Source of the DNA: Gammaproteobacteria bacterium
GTDB lineage: Bacteria > Pseudomonadota > Gammaproteobacteria > Steroidobacterales > JBFFHS01
Direction of reading: 5' to 3'
DNA: 64,000 bases
NCBI GenBank assembly: GCA_041556855.1
Contig: JBFFHS010000002.1
Span: forward strand, 26,056-90,055
In this document: piece after piece, positions 1 through 9,703 of the stretch
Layout of the letters: each line of letters opens with the position of its first letter
Position numbering within the stretch: the stretch's first letter is position 1
Program-made: the position numbers and the translations under genes
Notes under the pieces: generated by a model
Told to the model about the DNA's origin: nothing
Databases searched by the model: none
The model's input: the letters and a program-made list of their open reading frames with translations, nothing else

Positions 1-1
1 C

Positions 2-925
2 TTCGGCGAGGACACCTTGGTCGCCCGGGAACAGGGCTGGCTGAACATCGAGGATCAGTTCAAGGGCGAGAAGGCGCCCACGCCCGAGTGGGGGCTGGTG
101 TGCGCGCTCAAAGAGGCTGGACTGGAAAAGGCCACCGTCGGTGTCGACGACCTGCGCATCGGGCTCATCCTCAAGCAGCTGGGCCAGAACAGCATCACAT
201 GCGTAGAAGGCGAGAACGTCTTTCGCAAGATTCGCGTGGTGAAGTCAGCGGTGGAGCTCAAGCACATGCGCGCTGCCGCGCAGGCCAACCAGGCCGCCTG
301 CCTGGCGACCCTCAAACAGCTTGATCGCGGCGCCACACGGGCCGATATCGAGCGCTTGTTCATGGTCGAAGCTGCCCAGCGCGGCGCAAAGGCCACCTGG
401 ATCGCTGCCGGGACCGTGGGCGGGCTCCCCGATGCGGAGCTGGTGGCAGGACGGCCGCTGTTGATCGACTCGGTTTGTCAGATCAACTACTACCACGGTG
501 ATTTTGGCCGCACCTACGTCCTCGGCGAGCCCTCGCGGGAAATCGAGAAGCGTACGCGGCTGCTGAAGATCGGCTGGGAGGCGGCATTCGAGGCGCTCAA
601 GCCGGGGGTGCGCTATTCGGAGATCCGCAAGATTGCCTCAGATGCCATGGCCAAGGCCCGCGGCGGCCCGGCCACAACCCGGCAGGTGGTCGGGCCCCAT
701 TCGGTTGGGCTGCAGCACACGGATCAACCTTACCGGGACGGTTTGCCCTTTGCGGTCGGCGATGATCTCGTGCTGGCAGAAAACATGACGCTGACGGTGG
801 ACTTCCCCAACATGGAGCCGGGCTGGGGCGCCACGCATCTGGAGGATCTGGTGGTGGTCACCCGCGATGGGGCGGAGCCCCTGGCCACCATGGATGACCC
901 GTTGGTGGTGGGCGGTTCAGGCTAG
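2..925 (+). CDS. M24-family metallopeptidase (Xaa-Pro aminopeptidase/creatinase-like), 5' end cut by window edge
   Basis: The frame is open from base 2 (FGEDT precedes the TTG at 17), so the listed 302-aa ORF is a C-terminal part. Pita-bread-type pattern: VKSAVELKHMRAA, INYYHGDFGRTY, GPHSVGLQHTD, MTLTVDFP, HLEDLVVVT. Confidence 0.7.
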   Translation, partial: FGEDTLVAREQGWLNIEDQFKGEKAPTPEWGLVCALKEAGLEKATVGVDDLRIGLILKQLGQNSITCVEGENVFRKIRVVKSAVELKHMRAAAQANQAACLATLKQLDRGATRADIERLFMVEAAQRGAKATWIAAGTVGGLPDAELVAGRPLLIDSVCQINYYHGDFGRTYVLGEPSREIEKRTRLLKIGWEAAFEALKPGVRYSEIRKIASDAMAKARGGPATTRQVVGPHSVGLQHTDQPYRDGLPFAVGDDLVLAENMTLTVDFPNMEPGWGATHLEDLVVVTRDGAEPLATMDDPLVVGGSG

Positions 926-2271
926 TCGGCGTGCGGATCCACGGCCGCCTCATAGTGGCGGCGGCCCCACAGCAGCACAAAAAAGCTGATAACGCCGAAG
1001 CCGCTGGGCACGATGGCCATGGAGTAGCGCAGCGCGCTTTCATCACGGAAAACGTAATCCGTAAACATGGCGACCGAGGTGGGACCGATCACCAGCCCCA
1101 CGATGCTGATCACCAGCAGGGACACGGCGGAGATCTGGGCGCGCACTTCGTTGGGAGTCACGATCATCAGCGCCGCGTTCCCCGTGCTGGAGGCCGCCGC
1201 GGAGGCGACCATCCCCGGGAAGAAAACCAGCAGCGCCAATGGAGCCGAGGGCATCAGCGGCGCCAGCACGAAACAGGGCACGCTGACAGCGATACAGACC
1301 AGCAGCGCGCGGACCATGGCATCCCGGTAGCCCCGTTGAAATAGATAGTCGCCGAACCACCCGCCTAAATTGGTGCCCAGCGGGCCGCCAATGAGGACCA
1401 CCAGCCCGAAGTACAGGCCCACGTCCGGAATGGACCAACCCCAGGTGCGGCCAAACAGCGCCGGGATCCAGAACTGGGAATACCCGGTGATGGTCAGCAC
1501 GGTCTTGCCGACAATGAGGCTGCCGTAGACGCGCCAGCGGTCCACCAGAAACCGGGCCGCTTCGGCCACGCTGATCCCGGCGGCCCCGGTCTCGATGCGG
1601 CCGCGCCTGATGGGTTCGCGGACCGTGAACATGAGCGCAGCAATCAGGAGCCCGGGCAGTCCCACGGCCAGAAACGAGGTCTGCCAGGCACGCAGTTCCC
1701 CCACCAGCGGCAGCACCAGGTTTGGGGCGCTGCTTACAAAACCGATTACCTTGCCCCCGACAATGTAGGCCAGCCCCATGCCCAGGCTGATGCCCATGGT
1801 GTAAAAGCCGATCGCCCGGCCGACCTGATGTCGTGGGAAGTAATCGGTAATCATGGACAGGGCGGCCGGGGTGAGAGTGGCCTCGCCAACGCCGACGCCC
1901 ACCCGGGCAAGAAACAGCTGCCAGTACCCTTTGGCCAAGCCGCACGCGGCGGTCATGGCGCACCAGATCGTGATACCCACGGCAATAATCGTGCGGCGGC
2001 TGCGGCGATCCGCCAACCAGCCGATGGGAATGCCCAGGGTGGCGTAGAAGATGGCGAAGGAGAGGCCCATGAGCCAGCTCATCTGCACGTCGGATATCTC
2101 CAGATCCCGTTTGATGAGCTCGGCCAGTAACCCGAGGATCTGCCGATCAACGAAGGAGATGATATAGGCCAGGGTCAGCAGCACGACCACGTACCAGGCG
2201 TAGCCCCGCGGTGGATACGGCTCGGCCTGGGAAGATGCCGCCGCTGGCAACGTATCGGATCGCCTGCTCAT
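922..2271 (-). CDS. MFS transporter
   Basis: 449 aa, about 12 hydrophobic helices. MFS loop signature GWLADRRSRRTIIAVG after TM2. Convergent with the peptidase gene; the stops overlap by 4 nt. Confidence 0.8.
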   Translation of the reverse strand: MSRRSDTLPAAASSQAEPYPPRGYAWYVVVLLTLAYIISFVDRQILGLLAELIKRDLEISDVQMSWLMGLSFAIFYATLGIPIGWLADRRSRRTIIAVGITIWCAMTAACGLAKGYWQLFLARVGVGVGEATLTPAALSMITDYFPRHQVGRAIGFYTMGISLGMGLAYIVGGKVIGFVSSAPNLVLPLVGELRAWQTSFLAVGLPGLLIAALMFTVREPIRRGRIETGAAGISVAEAARFLVDRWRVYGSLIVGKTVLTITGYSQFWIPALFGRTWGWSIPDVGLYFGLVVLIGGPLGTNLGGWFGDYLFQRGYRDAMVRALLVCIAVSVPCFVLAPLMPSAPLALLVFFPGMVASAAASSTGNAALMIVTPNEVRAQISAVSLLVISIVGLVIGPTSVAMFTDYVFRDESALRYSMAIVPSGFGVISFFVLLWGRRHYEAAVDPHAD

Positions 2272-2447
2272 CGCCCTGGCCTCCTTAAAGAATCCCCCAG
2301 CACAGTGTCCCGAGCGGCTGGCTCATAGCTGTCCATCGAATGTTGGACGCGGGCCTGGTTCGGACGGAACGACTCGACGGCCGCAGTCCTTTTAATTTCT
2401 GAAATGACGTTAGGAAAGTACTATATCGCTCTGATAGTAAGGGCTTT

Positions 2448-2969
2448 TCAATTTGAGAAGAGCCGATCCAACGTGGCCCGTACCTCACCGTCCCACTGCT
2501 GTGCGACCTTGGCGCCGGCGGGTAGATCGGTCCAACCGCGCCGGTATGCCACCATGCCCTTACCATCCACCACCATCAGCCCGGGGATGAACTTCACGGC
2601 ATAGTCGTCGGCAATGTGGTCTGCTTCAGCGACGGCTACCATGGGAAAGCGCAGGGATTCGACGTAGGCCTTGGGATCTCCAACGCCGCGCTCCTTGGCG
2701 TTGAAGGTCACGATCTGCACCCCCCTATCGGCGTAGTCAGCTTGAATGCCTCTGGCGAAGGGCATGAAGGCCCTGCAGTAGGGACACCAGGTGGCCCAGA
2801 ACACCAGCACAGCCGGTTTACCGTCGGTTACCGCCGGAAAAGAGACCGTTCGACCATTTACCAGATCCGTGCCGGACCAGGGGGGCGCGAGATCCCCCTG
2901 CTCCACCGCAAGTGTCGCAGGCGTTGTCAGCCCCGCAATCATCAGGGCCGCAAATATTCGCCTCATCAT
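2448..2969 (-). CDS. Secreted thioredoxin-fold thiol:disulfide oxidoreductase (TlpA/redoxin-like)
   Basis: WATWCPYC active-site motif. Signal-peptide-like N-terminus MMRRIFAALMIAGLTTPATLA. Start moved to ATG 2969, which has a GGAGGAG RBS just upstream (ORF track start 2990). Confidence 0.8.
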   Translation of the reverse strand: MMRRIFAALMIAGLTTPATLAVEQGDLAPPWSGTDLVNGRTVSFPAVTDGKPAVLVFWATWCPYCRAFMPFARGIQADYADRGVQIVTFNAKERGVGDPKAYVESLRFPMVAVAEADHIADDYAVKFIPGLMVVDGKGMVAYRRGWTDLPAGAKVAQQWDGEVRATLDRLFSN

Positions 2970-3185
2970 GAACTCCTCCCCAGTCGGCACAACGTCTCGT
3001 GACAGCAGACCCGTTGGACCGGTTGCTTATTTCATTCCGTTAGCTATCCATGTCGCCCGCCGCTGCCCAGCAGCTGTGGAACCGGGGCGGGACTCGCCGT
3101 GGCCGCAAAACCCTGGCTACGGGTCCCCCCAACAGCCCCGCGCGGTGAAGTCCTGAATCTTTTTCGGTGCGATCAGCTGCATGAC

Positions 3186-4169
3186 TTACCCCTGGGCACC
3201 ACCGCGCGCAACCTGCGCGTCCAGAAAGGCCATGAACTCATCACTCGAGCATAGCGGCGTCCGCGTCATGGCGAAAGCGTGGGTGGCTCGCGGCTTGCGA
3301 TCAAACCAGATCACCTCCTCGTCCTCATTCATGGTGGGACGCTCTGCAGCAAGCCACAAGGCCGTATCAATACCCTGCCGCGGCGTGCGGAGGATGATCT
3401 GTTGAATCTTATAGAACGTGGGCAGAGCATCCTTCACCCCCTGGGTCCGCGCCCAGCCGGGATGCATGGTGTAGCAGCCGACGCCGCGAGACGCGTACCT
3501 CGTCCGCCAATACTCGGTGAGTGTCACCTGAGCACGCTTAGCGAACGCGTAAGCGGCCTCGCCCTGATAGCGGGCCGGGTCAGTCACGTTCAACCCCCGG
3601 ATGCTGAGCGGCACCGTGTAGAGCCCGCCCGACGACACGTTGACGATCACGCCCGACGAGCCCATCCGGTCTGCCGCCAGTATGCCTTCAGTCAACACGT
3701 AATGACTCAACAGATTAGTCACGAAGGACGCCTCGTGACCTTCCCGGGTGACCACCAGTTCGTTGAGCAGCACCCCCACGTTGTTGATCAACACGTCAAT
3801 CGGTGGGCCAGGCTGCACCACGTTTTCCAGCAGGCCCCGGGTGGCGGAGAGCAGGGACATGTCGGCCACCAGAGTTTTCACCTGGGGGCGCAGGGTCGCC
3901 GGCAACGACTGGAGCAAGTCATCCAGCTTGGCGCGGCTGCGGGCTATCGCCAGCACGTCGGCACCGGCCGCGGCCGCGCCTAGCGTGGCCGCGCGCCCCA
4001 ACCCGCCGGAAGCACCCGTGATCAGCCAGGTCTGCCCGCGGAAGTCGAAGGGCTTTTTTGTCCAGGTCAGTCGGCGGGTCAGGTAGCCCAGCGCCGTGTA
4101 ACTGGGCGTTCGGCTGGCATAAAAATACAGCGCTCCCAATAGCTGACCCAGGGCGTGGCGTCTGCTCAT
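3186..4169 (-). CDS. Short-chain dehydrogenase/reductase (SDR) family oxidoreductase with N-terminal hydrophobic segment
   Basis: TGASGGLG Rossmann motif, NNVG, and a Y-x3-K catalytic pair (YAFAK). Confidence 0.8.
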   Translation of the reverse strand: MSRRHALGQLLGALYFYASRTPSYTALGYLTRRLTWTKKPFDFRGQTWLITGASGGLGRAATLGAAAAGADVLAIARSRAKLDDLLQSLPATLRPQVKTLVADMSLLSATRGLLENVVQPGPPIDVLINNVGVLLNELVVTREGHEASFVTNLLSHYVLTEGILAADRMGSSGVIVNVSSGGLYTVPLSIRGLNVTDPARYQGEAAYAFAKRAQVTLTEYWRTRYASRGVGCYTMHPGWARTQGVKDALPTFYKIQQIILRTPRQGIDTALWLAAERPTMNEDEEVIWFDRKPRATHAFAMTRTPLCSSDEFMAFLDAQVARGGAQG

Positions 4170-4193
4170 GCTGGCGTCCGTCAGGGCGACCCC

Positions 4194-4355
4194 TCAGCCT
4201 GAAGCTGCCGCATCAGCGTAGCCCTGCTTCCACGTATTGATCAGGTCGCCAATGGCTGCACGTTCCGCGGGGCTGCCACCAACCCAGCGACTATCCGCCG
4301 TTACCAGCGGGCCACCAAGGAGGACCAGCGCCATGCTGGCCAGGAGTTGTTTCAT
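4194..4355 (-). CDS. Small hypothetical secreted protein (53 aa, below ORF-track cutoff)
   Basis: My own translation: MKQLLASMALVLLGGPLVTADSRWVGGSPAERAAIGDLINTWKQGYADAAASG*. It has a signal-peptide-like start and lies 25 nt upstream of the SDR gene on the same strand. There is no homology support. Confidence 0.3.
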   Translation of the reverse strand: MKQLLASMALVLLGGPLVTADSRWVGGSPAERAAIGDLINTWKQGYADAAASG

Positions 4356-4663
4356 GGCCTGTCCACCTTAGTCATGTCCTTGTCACCGTACCGTGCCCGG
4401 CAGATCTCTGAAAGAGCCGCGCGCCGCGATGTTAAGCGGCCAACAGGGCCTCGACCAGTTCCTCTTTCTACGCTGTTGGGTACCCATGCCGGCTCCGCGG
4501 GGCCAGCAGATCAAAGGCTCTGGACTCAACCGGGATCGGTCGACCGGCAAATAGACGCCCTTTAGACGCGGCGTTGACGCACCGGTGGATCCCACGCTGA
4601 CGCGGCAACAGGAGAATCAGAACCGTTGCTTGACTGACACATTCTCAAAGAGGAGCTCAAGAC

Positions 4664-5890
4664 ATGAAACACACAGACACAGTCATTATCGGCGGCGGGC
4701 AGGCTGGCCTGGCCATGAGTCGTTGCTTGCGCGAACGTCAGATCGACCACATCGTCCTGGAGCGCGGCCGCATCGGGGAGCGTTGGCGCAGCGAACGCTG
4801 GGACTCCCTCCGGCTGCTGTCGCCGAACTGGATGGCAAGGCTGCCCCACTATGCCTATCAGGGTGAGGACCCCGATGGGTTCATGACGATGCCCGCGTTC
4901 ATCCGCTACCTCGAGGCCTACGCGGACTCCTTCGAGGCTCCCGTGCAGACCGGCACCACGGTGCACTGTGTTGAAAGGGCTGATCCGGCTCGCTTCCGTG
5001 TCAGTACAGACCGCGGCACCTGGTGCGCGCGCAACGTCGTCGTGGCCACCGGCTTCTGCGACCGACCGCGAGTCCCGTCTTTCGCCAGGGATCTGGCGCC
5101 TCACTTTCATCAACTGGTGCCGTCGGACTATCGACGCCCCGACCAGCTGCCGGCCGGTAATGTTCTGATCGTTGGTGCATCCGCCACGGGGATCCAACTC
5201 GCCGACGAATTGCAGCGCTCCGGCCGCGAGGTGACCCTGGCGGTTGGCACACACGTGCGTCTGCCCCGTCGCTACCGGGGACGGGATGTTCTCAGCTGGC
5301 TGGTAGACATAGGCGCCTTCCGCGCGCCGGCCGACCCTGCTGAGGAACGCCGCTCGCCGCCGCCTCAGCTGGTGGGCGGACAGGACAACCTGGACCTGGA
5401 TCTCGGCACGCTCCAGAAACTTGGGGTACGGCTGGTGGGGCGCGCTACGTCCGCCGGTCCGGACCATGTGTGTTTCGCGGATGATCTGCGTGCAACACTC
5501 AACGAAGCCGATCAGCGACTCCGCGCTACCTTAGGCAAAGTTGACGCGCACATCGCGGCCGTCGGTATTAGGCCCACACCTGCACCGGAATTGATCCCAT
5601 CCGTTCCCATTCCCAGCGCGCCCCGGCAGCTGGCGCTGACGGACGCGGGAATCCGCAGCGTGATCTGGGCAACCGGCTACGAAAGACATTATCCGTGGCT
5701 CAAGCTACCGGTTCTCGATGAGCGGGGCGACATCCGGCATGACCGGGGCGTGACCGACGAGCCCGGTCTTCTCGTCCTGGGAATGCGGTTTCAGGTGACA
5801 ACGGGATCAAATCTGATCGACGGCGTCGGTGCCGACGCCCAGCTGTTGGCAGACTACCTGGCGACCCGCGGCCGGGCTCGCGCCGCGTGA
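4664..5890 (+). CDS. FAD/NAD(P)-binding oxidoreductase (flavin monooxygenase/CzcO-like)
   Basis: N-terminal GGGQAGL dinucleotide motif and a second IVGASATG motif near residue 170. GAGGAG RBS 8 nt before the ATG. Confidence 0.75.
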   Translation: MKHTDTVIIGGGQAGLAMSRCLRERQIDHIVLERGRIGERWRSERWDSLRLLSPNWMARLPHYAYQGEDPDGFMTMPAFIRYLEAYADSFEAPVQTGTTVHCVERADPARFRVSTDRGTWCARNVVVATGFCDRPRVPSFARDLAPHFHQLVPSDYRRPDQLPAGNVLIVGASATGIQLADELQRSGREVTLAVGTHVRLPRRYRGRDVLSWLVDIGAFRAPADPAEERRSPPPQLVGGQDNLDLDLGTLQKLGVRLVGRATSAGPDHVCFADDLRATLNEADQRLRATLGKVDAHIAAVGIRPTPAPELIPSVPIPSAPRQLALTDAGIRSVIWATGYERHYPWLKLPVLDERGDIRHDRGVTDEPGLLVLGMRFQVTTGSNLIDGVGADAQLLADYLATRGRARAA

Positions 5891-5903
5891 GCAAGGCCCG
5901 ACA

Positions 5904-7838
5904 TCACAGCTCGGCGCCAGCGAGCGCGTCGCGGACGGCATCCCGGTCCGCGGCGCGCGCGTAGGGCAGAGACGCCACAAACGCCTCGGCGTCAAAATCG
6001 GGAAACGTGACGCGCAGCGCATCCCGGCTTCTCTGCAGGGCATCTGGATCACCCAGCTTGACACTCGTCGCAACCGCGTAGGCCAAGTCATCACGCCGGG
6101 GCCGCCCGATCTGCTCCAGCGTCTCCAGCGCCTCTGAAAATCGACCCTGATGAAACAGAGCTCGCGCCAGGTGGGTCCAGTACCGCTGCGGATGATAGGG
6201 ATTAAGACTCATGGATTTCCGCACCCAGCTCTCGGCTTCCTTATGACGCCCCAGAAAGCACAGGATCTCACCCATGGAGCAAATCGAGCGATCATCATTG
6301 GGGTTGAGAAACAGGGCACGCTCCTGATGCTTCAAGGATCGCGTCAGATTGCCCCGGGTCAGATGGACCTGAGCCAGTATGCGATGGCACTCACTCTCGT
6401 TTTCATCGAGTTCCAAACCGCGCTCTGCCGCAGCCTGGGACCGGTCCACCAGCGCGGCGTGATCATCCAGTTCCCAGACCATTGCCTGCCCGAGACCACA
6501 GGCCAGCCAGGCGTGAGCCACGGCATACGAGGGATCACGTTCGATGGCGTGATTGAACATGTCGATGCAGGTGCCGCAGTCCGCCGCGGTGAAGCGGTGG
6601 TGGTGGTCCTTGCCCCGCAACAGGTAGTCGTAGGCTTCCACGCGCTCGGGGCTAGCCTTGCGGGCGCGGGCCAACTCTGTAGCCTCCACACGGCCTGCCA
6701 ACGTCGCCACCACGGTCGCTGTGATCTCATCCTGAGTTTGAAAGATATCGGCCATCGCAAAATCATAGCGATGGCCCCAGACGGTCAAGCTCTCTGGGCC
6801 ATCCAGGAGTTGGAGAGTCAGTCGCACGCGATCCTCCACGCGCTGCACGCTGCCACGGACGAGAAAACGCGCACCCAGCGCCGCGGCGATCTCGGCATCT
6901 GTCGCCGATGAGGCCTTGTAGACAAAGGTCGAACTCCGAGCGATGACCTGAAGGGCGTGGAACCTGGACAACCCGGTAATGATGTCCTCGGTCATGCCGT
7001 CGACAAAGTACTCATCCTCCGGACCCGATAAGTTGTCAAAGGGCAACACCGCAACGCGCGGCTTATCGGTCGTGGCTGCCGACTCACGGACGCTGCCGGA
7101 CGTATCTTCTGCGCCCGCCTCGCTGTCCGACGCCCGCAACTGCGCGAGCAGCGCGCGGGTCTCGGCACTGGGCCCCACACCCAACTCTCGTTCCAGGGCA
7201 TCGACGCACACCTGATATTGCCGGATGGCGTCGGACCGGCGGCCCATCGCCGCCAGCACCGCCATGAGATCCCGATGAGCCGGCTCACAGGCCGGATCCA
7301 TCTGCAAACGGCGATTAATAGCGCCGAGCGCCTGTTCGTGCTCACCCGCCGCCATCAATTGCTGCACGTGCTGGTCCAGCACCTCGCACGCCAGCCGGCG
7401 CAGCCGATCGCGGGCCATGCGCAGCCAGTCCTGGCACTCGGCCTCCTTCGGCAGCGTGCCCTCGAGCAGATCGCCCCCATAAAGATTCAGGCACGCTTGC
7501 AGCGACTTGGTATCTTTCTTTTCGGCCAGTCGCAGAAACTCGGTGACGTCAACGACGCAGCGTTGGGGGTCCAGGAGCACGTCGGCCCCAGCCGCTGCAA
7601 TGATCGGGCCGAAGGTGCGGCGTATTTTGGACAACGTCTGGCGGACGTTGTGTCGGGCCCGCTGCTCCGGTCGATCACCCCATAACAGGTTGGCCAGCGC
7701 GTCGCGGCTGACCGTACCCTCCGCGGCCAGATAGGCTATCAGGAGCTGCGCCTTCCGGGAGTTCAGCGCGATCTGTTCACCGTCAGACCAGCGGGCGGCG
7801 AAGGAACCCAGCACCGTGACTTCAAGTCTCTGCCTCAT
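5904..7838 (-). CDS. SARP/BTAD-family transcriptional regulator with central LPF-type domain and C-terminal TPR repeats
   Basis: N-terminal winged-helix plus BTAD pattern (VTVLGSFAARWSDGEQIAL, LLIAYLA, LWGD, YGGDLLEG, LMAVLAAMGRRSDAIRQYQ). Middle motif VAVLPFDNLSGPEDEYFVDGMTEDIITGLSR. TPR-like C-terminus. Start set at the internal ATG 7838 (MRQRLEV); the ORF-track start is 7928. Confidence 0.7.
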   Translation of the reverse strand: MRQRLEVTVLGSFAARWSDGEQIALNSRKAQLLIAYLAAEGTVSRDALANLLWGDRPEQRARHNVRQTLSKIRRTFGPIIAAAGADVLLDPQRCVVDVTEFLRLAEKKDTKSLQACLNLYGGDLLEGTLPKEAECQDWLRMARDRLRRLACEVLDQHVQQLMAAGEHEQALGAINRRLQMDPACEPAHRDLMAVLAAMGRRSDAIRQYQVCVDALERELGVGPSAETRALLAQLRASDSEAGAEDTSGSVRESAATTDKPRVAVLPFDNLSGPEDEYFVDGMTEDIITGLSRFHALQVIARSSTFVYKASSATDAEIAAALGARFLVRGSVQRVEDRVRLTLQLLDGPESLTVWGHRYDFAMADIFQTQDEITATVVATLAGRVEATELARARKASPERVEAYDYLLRGKDHHHRFTAADCGTCIDMFNHAIERDPSYAVAHAWLACGLGQAMVWELDDHAALVDRSQAAAERGLELDENESECHRILAQVHLTRGNLTRSLKHQERALFLNPNDDRSICSMGEILCFLGRHKEAESWVRKSMSLNPYHPQRYWTHLARALFHQGRFSEALETLEQIGRPRRDDLAYAVATSVKLGDPDALQRSRDALRVTFPDFDAEAFVASLPYARAADRDAVRDALAGAEL

Positions 7839-8082
7839 CCTGACCCAGTATAGTACCGCTGGCCCGGACGCCCGCCTGGGCTGGGTGCATTTTGCTGCAT
7901 CCCAGCATGGCCCTCGGCACAGATTCATGGGGTAGGCCCACCGGCCTGGCCGGCCGGGCCAGAGTGTAAGCGCTCCCCTGGCAGGCTCGCTGTACAGTGA
8001 TTCCTATGGCTGGCAGGTTCCCCTGGCTCTTGGCTCAACTCGCGACCAGCGTGCTAGCGGCTGCGGGAGACCCCCATGAGCC

Positions 8083-8646
8083 TCACAGATCGCCAGTGGG
8101 CGTGAGCGTGGGCAGAGAATATTCGGCGAGACCCACGCCGGCCGCAGCTTCCTGACCACTGCTCTGAGACTCCTGTTTCGGGTACTCGTGCAGGGAGACC
8201 ACTGCTCCGTCTTCGAACTCCCACCACAGGCTGCGGTCGTGCTCGCCCCGCACGTCCGCTATCCCCGGTCCCCACTTGGCCTCCATGGCACGGCTGATCT
8301 GGGGATATTCGCTTCCCGCGAACTGGAAGCTCAGTCGCAAAACCCGTCGTGCCGACCCCAACACCACGGTCACATCCGCTGGTACCGCGGCGATGGACGT
8401 GGATGCCACGCAGATCTGCCGGGCACCAGGCACCACGGCCTGCATATCGGCCACCAACACCGCATATTCCGGCGATTCCAGGCCCATGGGATTACAGTCA
8501 AGCCCGCCAAACACCTGCCGCTCGGTATTGATCAGCAGCGACTTGCCTAGCGTAATGCCCTTGAAGTCCACCGCTGAGGCCGCCGGCGCGCCGCTGAGCG
8601 CCCCCCAGGCAGTGACAACACACAGAAAAAAGCGACCAGTCTTCAT
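8083..8646 (-). CDS. Hypothetical secreted protein, last gene of the tad transcription unit
   Basis: Signal peptide MKTGRFFLCVVTAWGALSGAPAASA. Starts 36 nt after the tadD stop on the same strand. I recognise no motif. Confidence 0.5.
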   Translation of the reverse strand: MKTGRFFLCVVTAWGALSGAPAASAVDFKGITLGKSLLINTERQVFGGLDCNPMGLESPEYAVLVADMQAVVPGARQICVASTSIAAVPADVTVVLGSARRVLRLSFQFAGSEYPQISRAMEAKWGPGIADVRGEHDRSLWWEFEDGAVVSLHEYPKQESQSSGQEAAAGVGLAEYSLPTLTPTGDL

Positions 8647-8682
8647 GAAAGGGTTGTTGCGGGCTGACTTGTGCTGGATCCC

Positions 8683-9666
8683 TCAGGACCCCTCCGCAAC
8701 CACCTCGCGCTGTTGCATGAGCTCACTGCCAGCAATGAGATTTCGCACCTCAGTCAGGTTGCGTTCCGCCGTTTTAAAGTACTTGGGCGAAAGGCGGATG
8801 GCCTCCTGGAAATAGTGCTGCGCCAGGCCGTACTCCGCCTGCCGCATCGCAATGTAGCCCACATCGTTGAGGGCGACCTCCGGCTTGACCACCCGCTCCA
8901 TAAGGGCCACCGCATCCGCATAGTCACCTCTGCGGGCATACACCAACCCCAGATTAAGCCACGCTCGCTTGTAGCCGCCCTGCCGGGCCGCAAGTTCTAA
9001 ATCCTGCTGCGCATCATCGTAGCGCCCGGCGAGATAATAGGAGTAGCCGCGGTTGTTCAGTATCGACATATCCTCGGGGCGGAGCGCAAGCGCCTCGTTA
9101 TAGGCGGCGATAGCTGCGGCGTGGTCGCCACGCCTATCCGCGATCACGCCCAGGCTGGTGTGAGCGCGCCAGCGCTTGGCATCCAACCCAACAGCCTTCT
9201 TCAGCAGTTGCTCCGCCGCGTCCACGCGCTCCCCCTCCAGATATACCAGACCGAGGGCCTCGAGGCTCACCACGTTATCCGGGTCCTCCACCAGGGAACG
9301 GGAATAGGCCCGTTCGGCCATGACCATATTGTTCCGCGAGCGATGAATGTGGCCAATACTATTCAGCGCATAGACGTTCTCGCGATCCAGATCAAAGGCT
9401 CGCACGTACAGATACAGCGCCAGATCTACATCGCCTTTGCCCAGCGCCTGGTCCGCTCGTGCGATCGCGTCTTCTGCGGAGGCGACCGGGAACTCAGTGG
9501 CGAACAGCACGTCCGGCTGACCGTCATACATGTCTTGCGGCAATCCCTGCTCTTGTGCCGACCCGGAGCTTCCCGCCCCGTGCTTGGGCGTGGACGCGCA
9601 ACCACCCAGCAGCAGGAATAACGCCGCCGGGAGCACAACCCCTTGAATCGTTGCAGTAGGCTTCAT
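8683..9666 (-). CDS. tadD: TPR-repeat lipoprotein, TadD-like Flp pilus assembly protein
   Basis: Lipobox LLLGGC at the start chosen (ATG 9666, MKPTATIQGVVLPAALFLLLGGCAS). Multiple TPR repeats. Lies directly after tadC. Confidence 0.7.
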   Translation of the reverse strand: MKPTATIQGVVLPAALFLLLGGCASTPKHGAGSSGSAQEQGLPQDMYDGQPDVLFATEFPVASAEDAIARADQALGKGDVDLALYLYVRAFDLDRENVYALNSIGHIHRSRNNMVMAERAYSRSLVEDPDNVVSLEALGLVYLEGERVDAAEQLLKKAVGLDAKRWRAHTSLGVIADRRGDHAAAIAAYNEALALRPEDMSILNNRGYSYYLAGRYDDAQQDLELAARQGGYKRAWLNLGLVYARRGDYADAVALMERVVKPEVALNDVGYIAMRQAEYGLAQHYFQEAIRLSPKYFKTAERNLTEVRNLIAGSELMQQREVVAEGS

Positions 9667-9703
9667 CGTTCCATCCTTGAACGCTGCTGCGAAGGCAGGC
9701 CCG

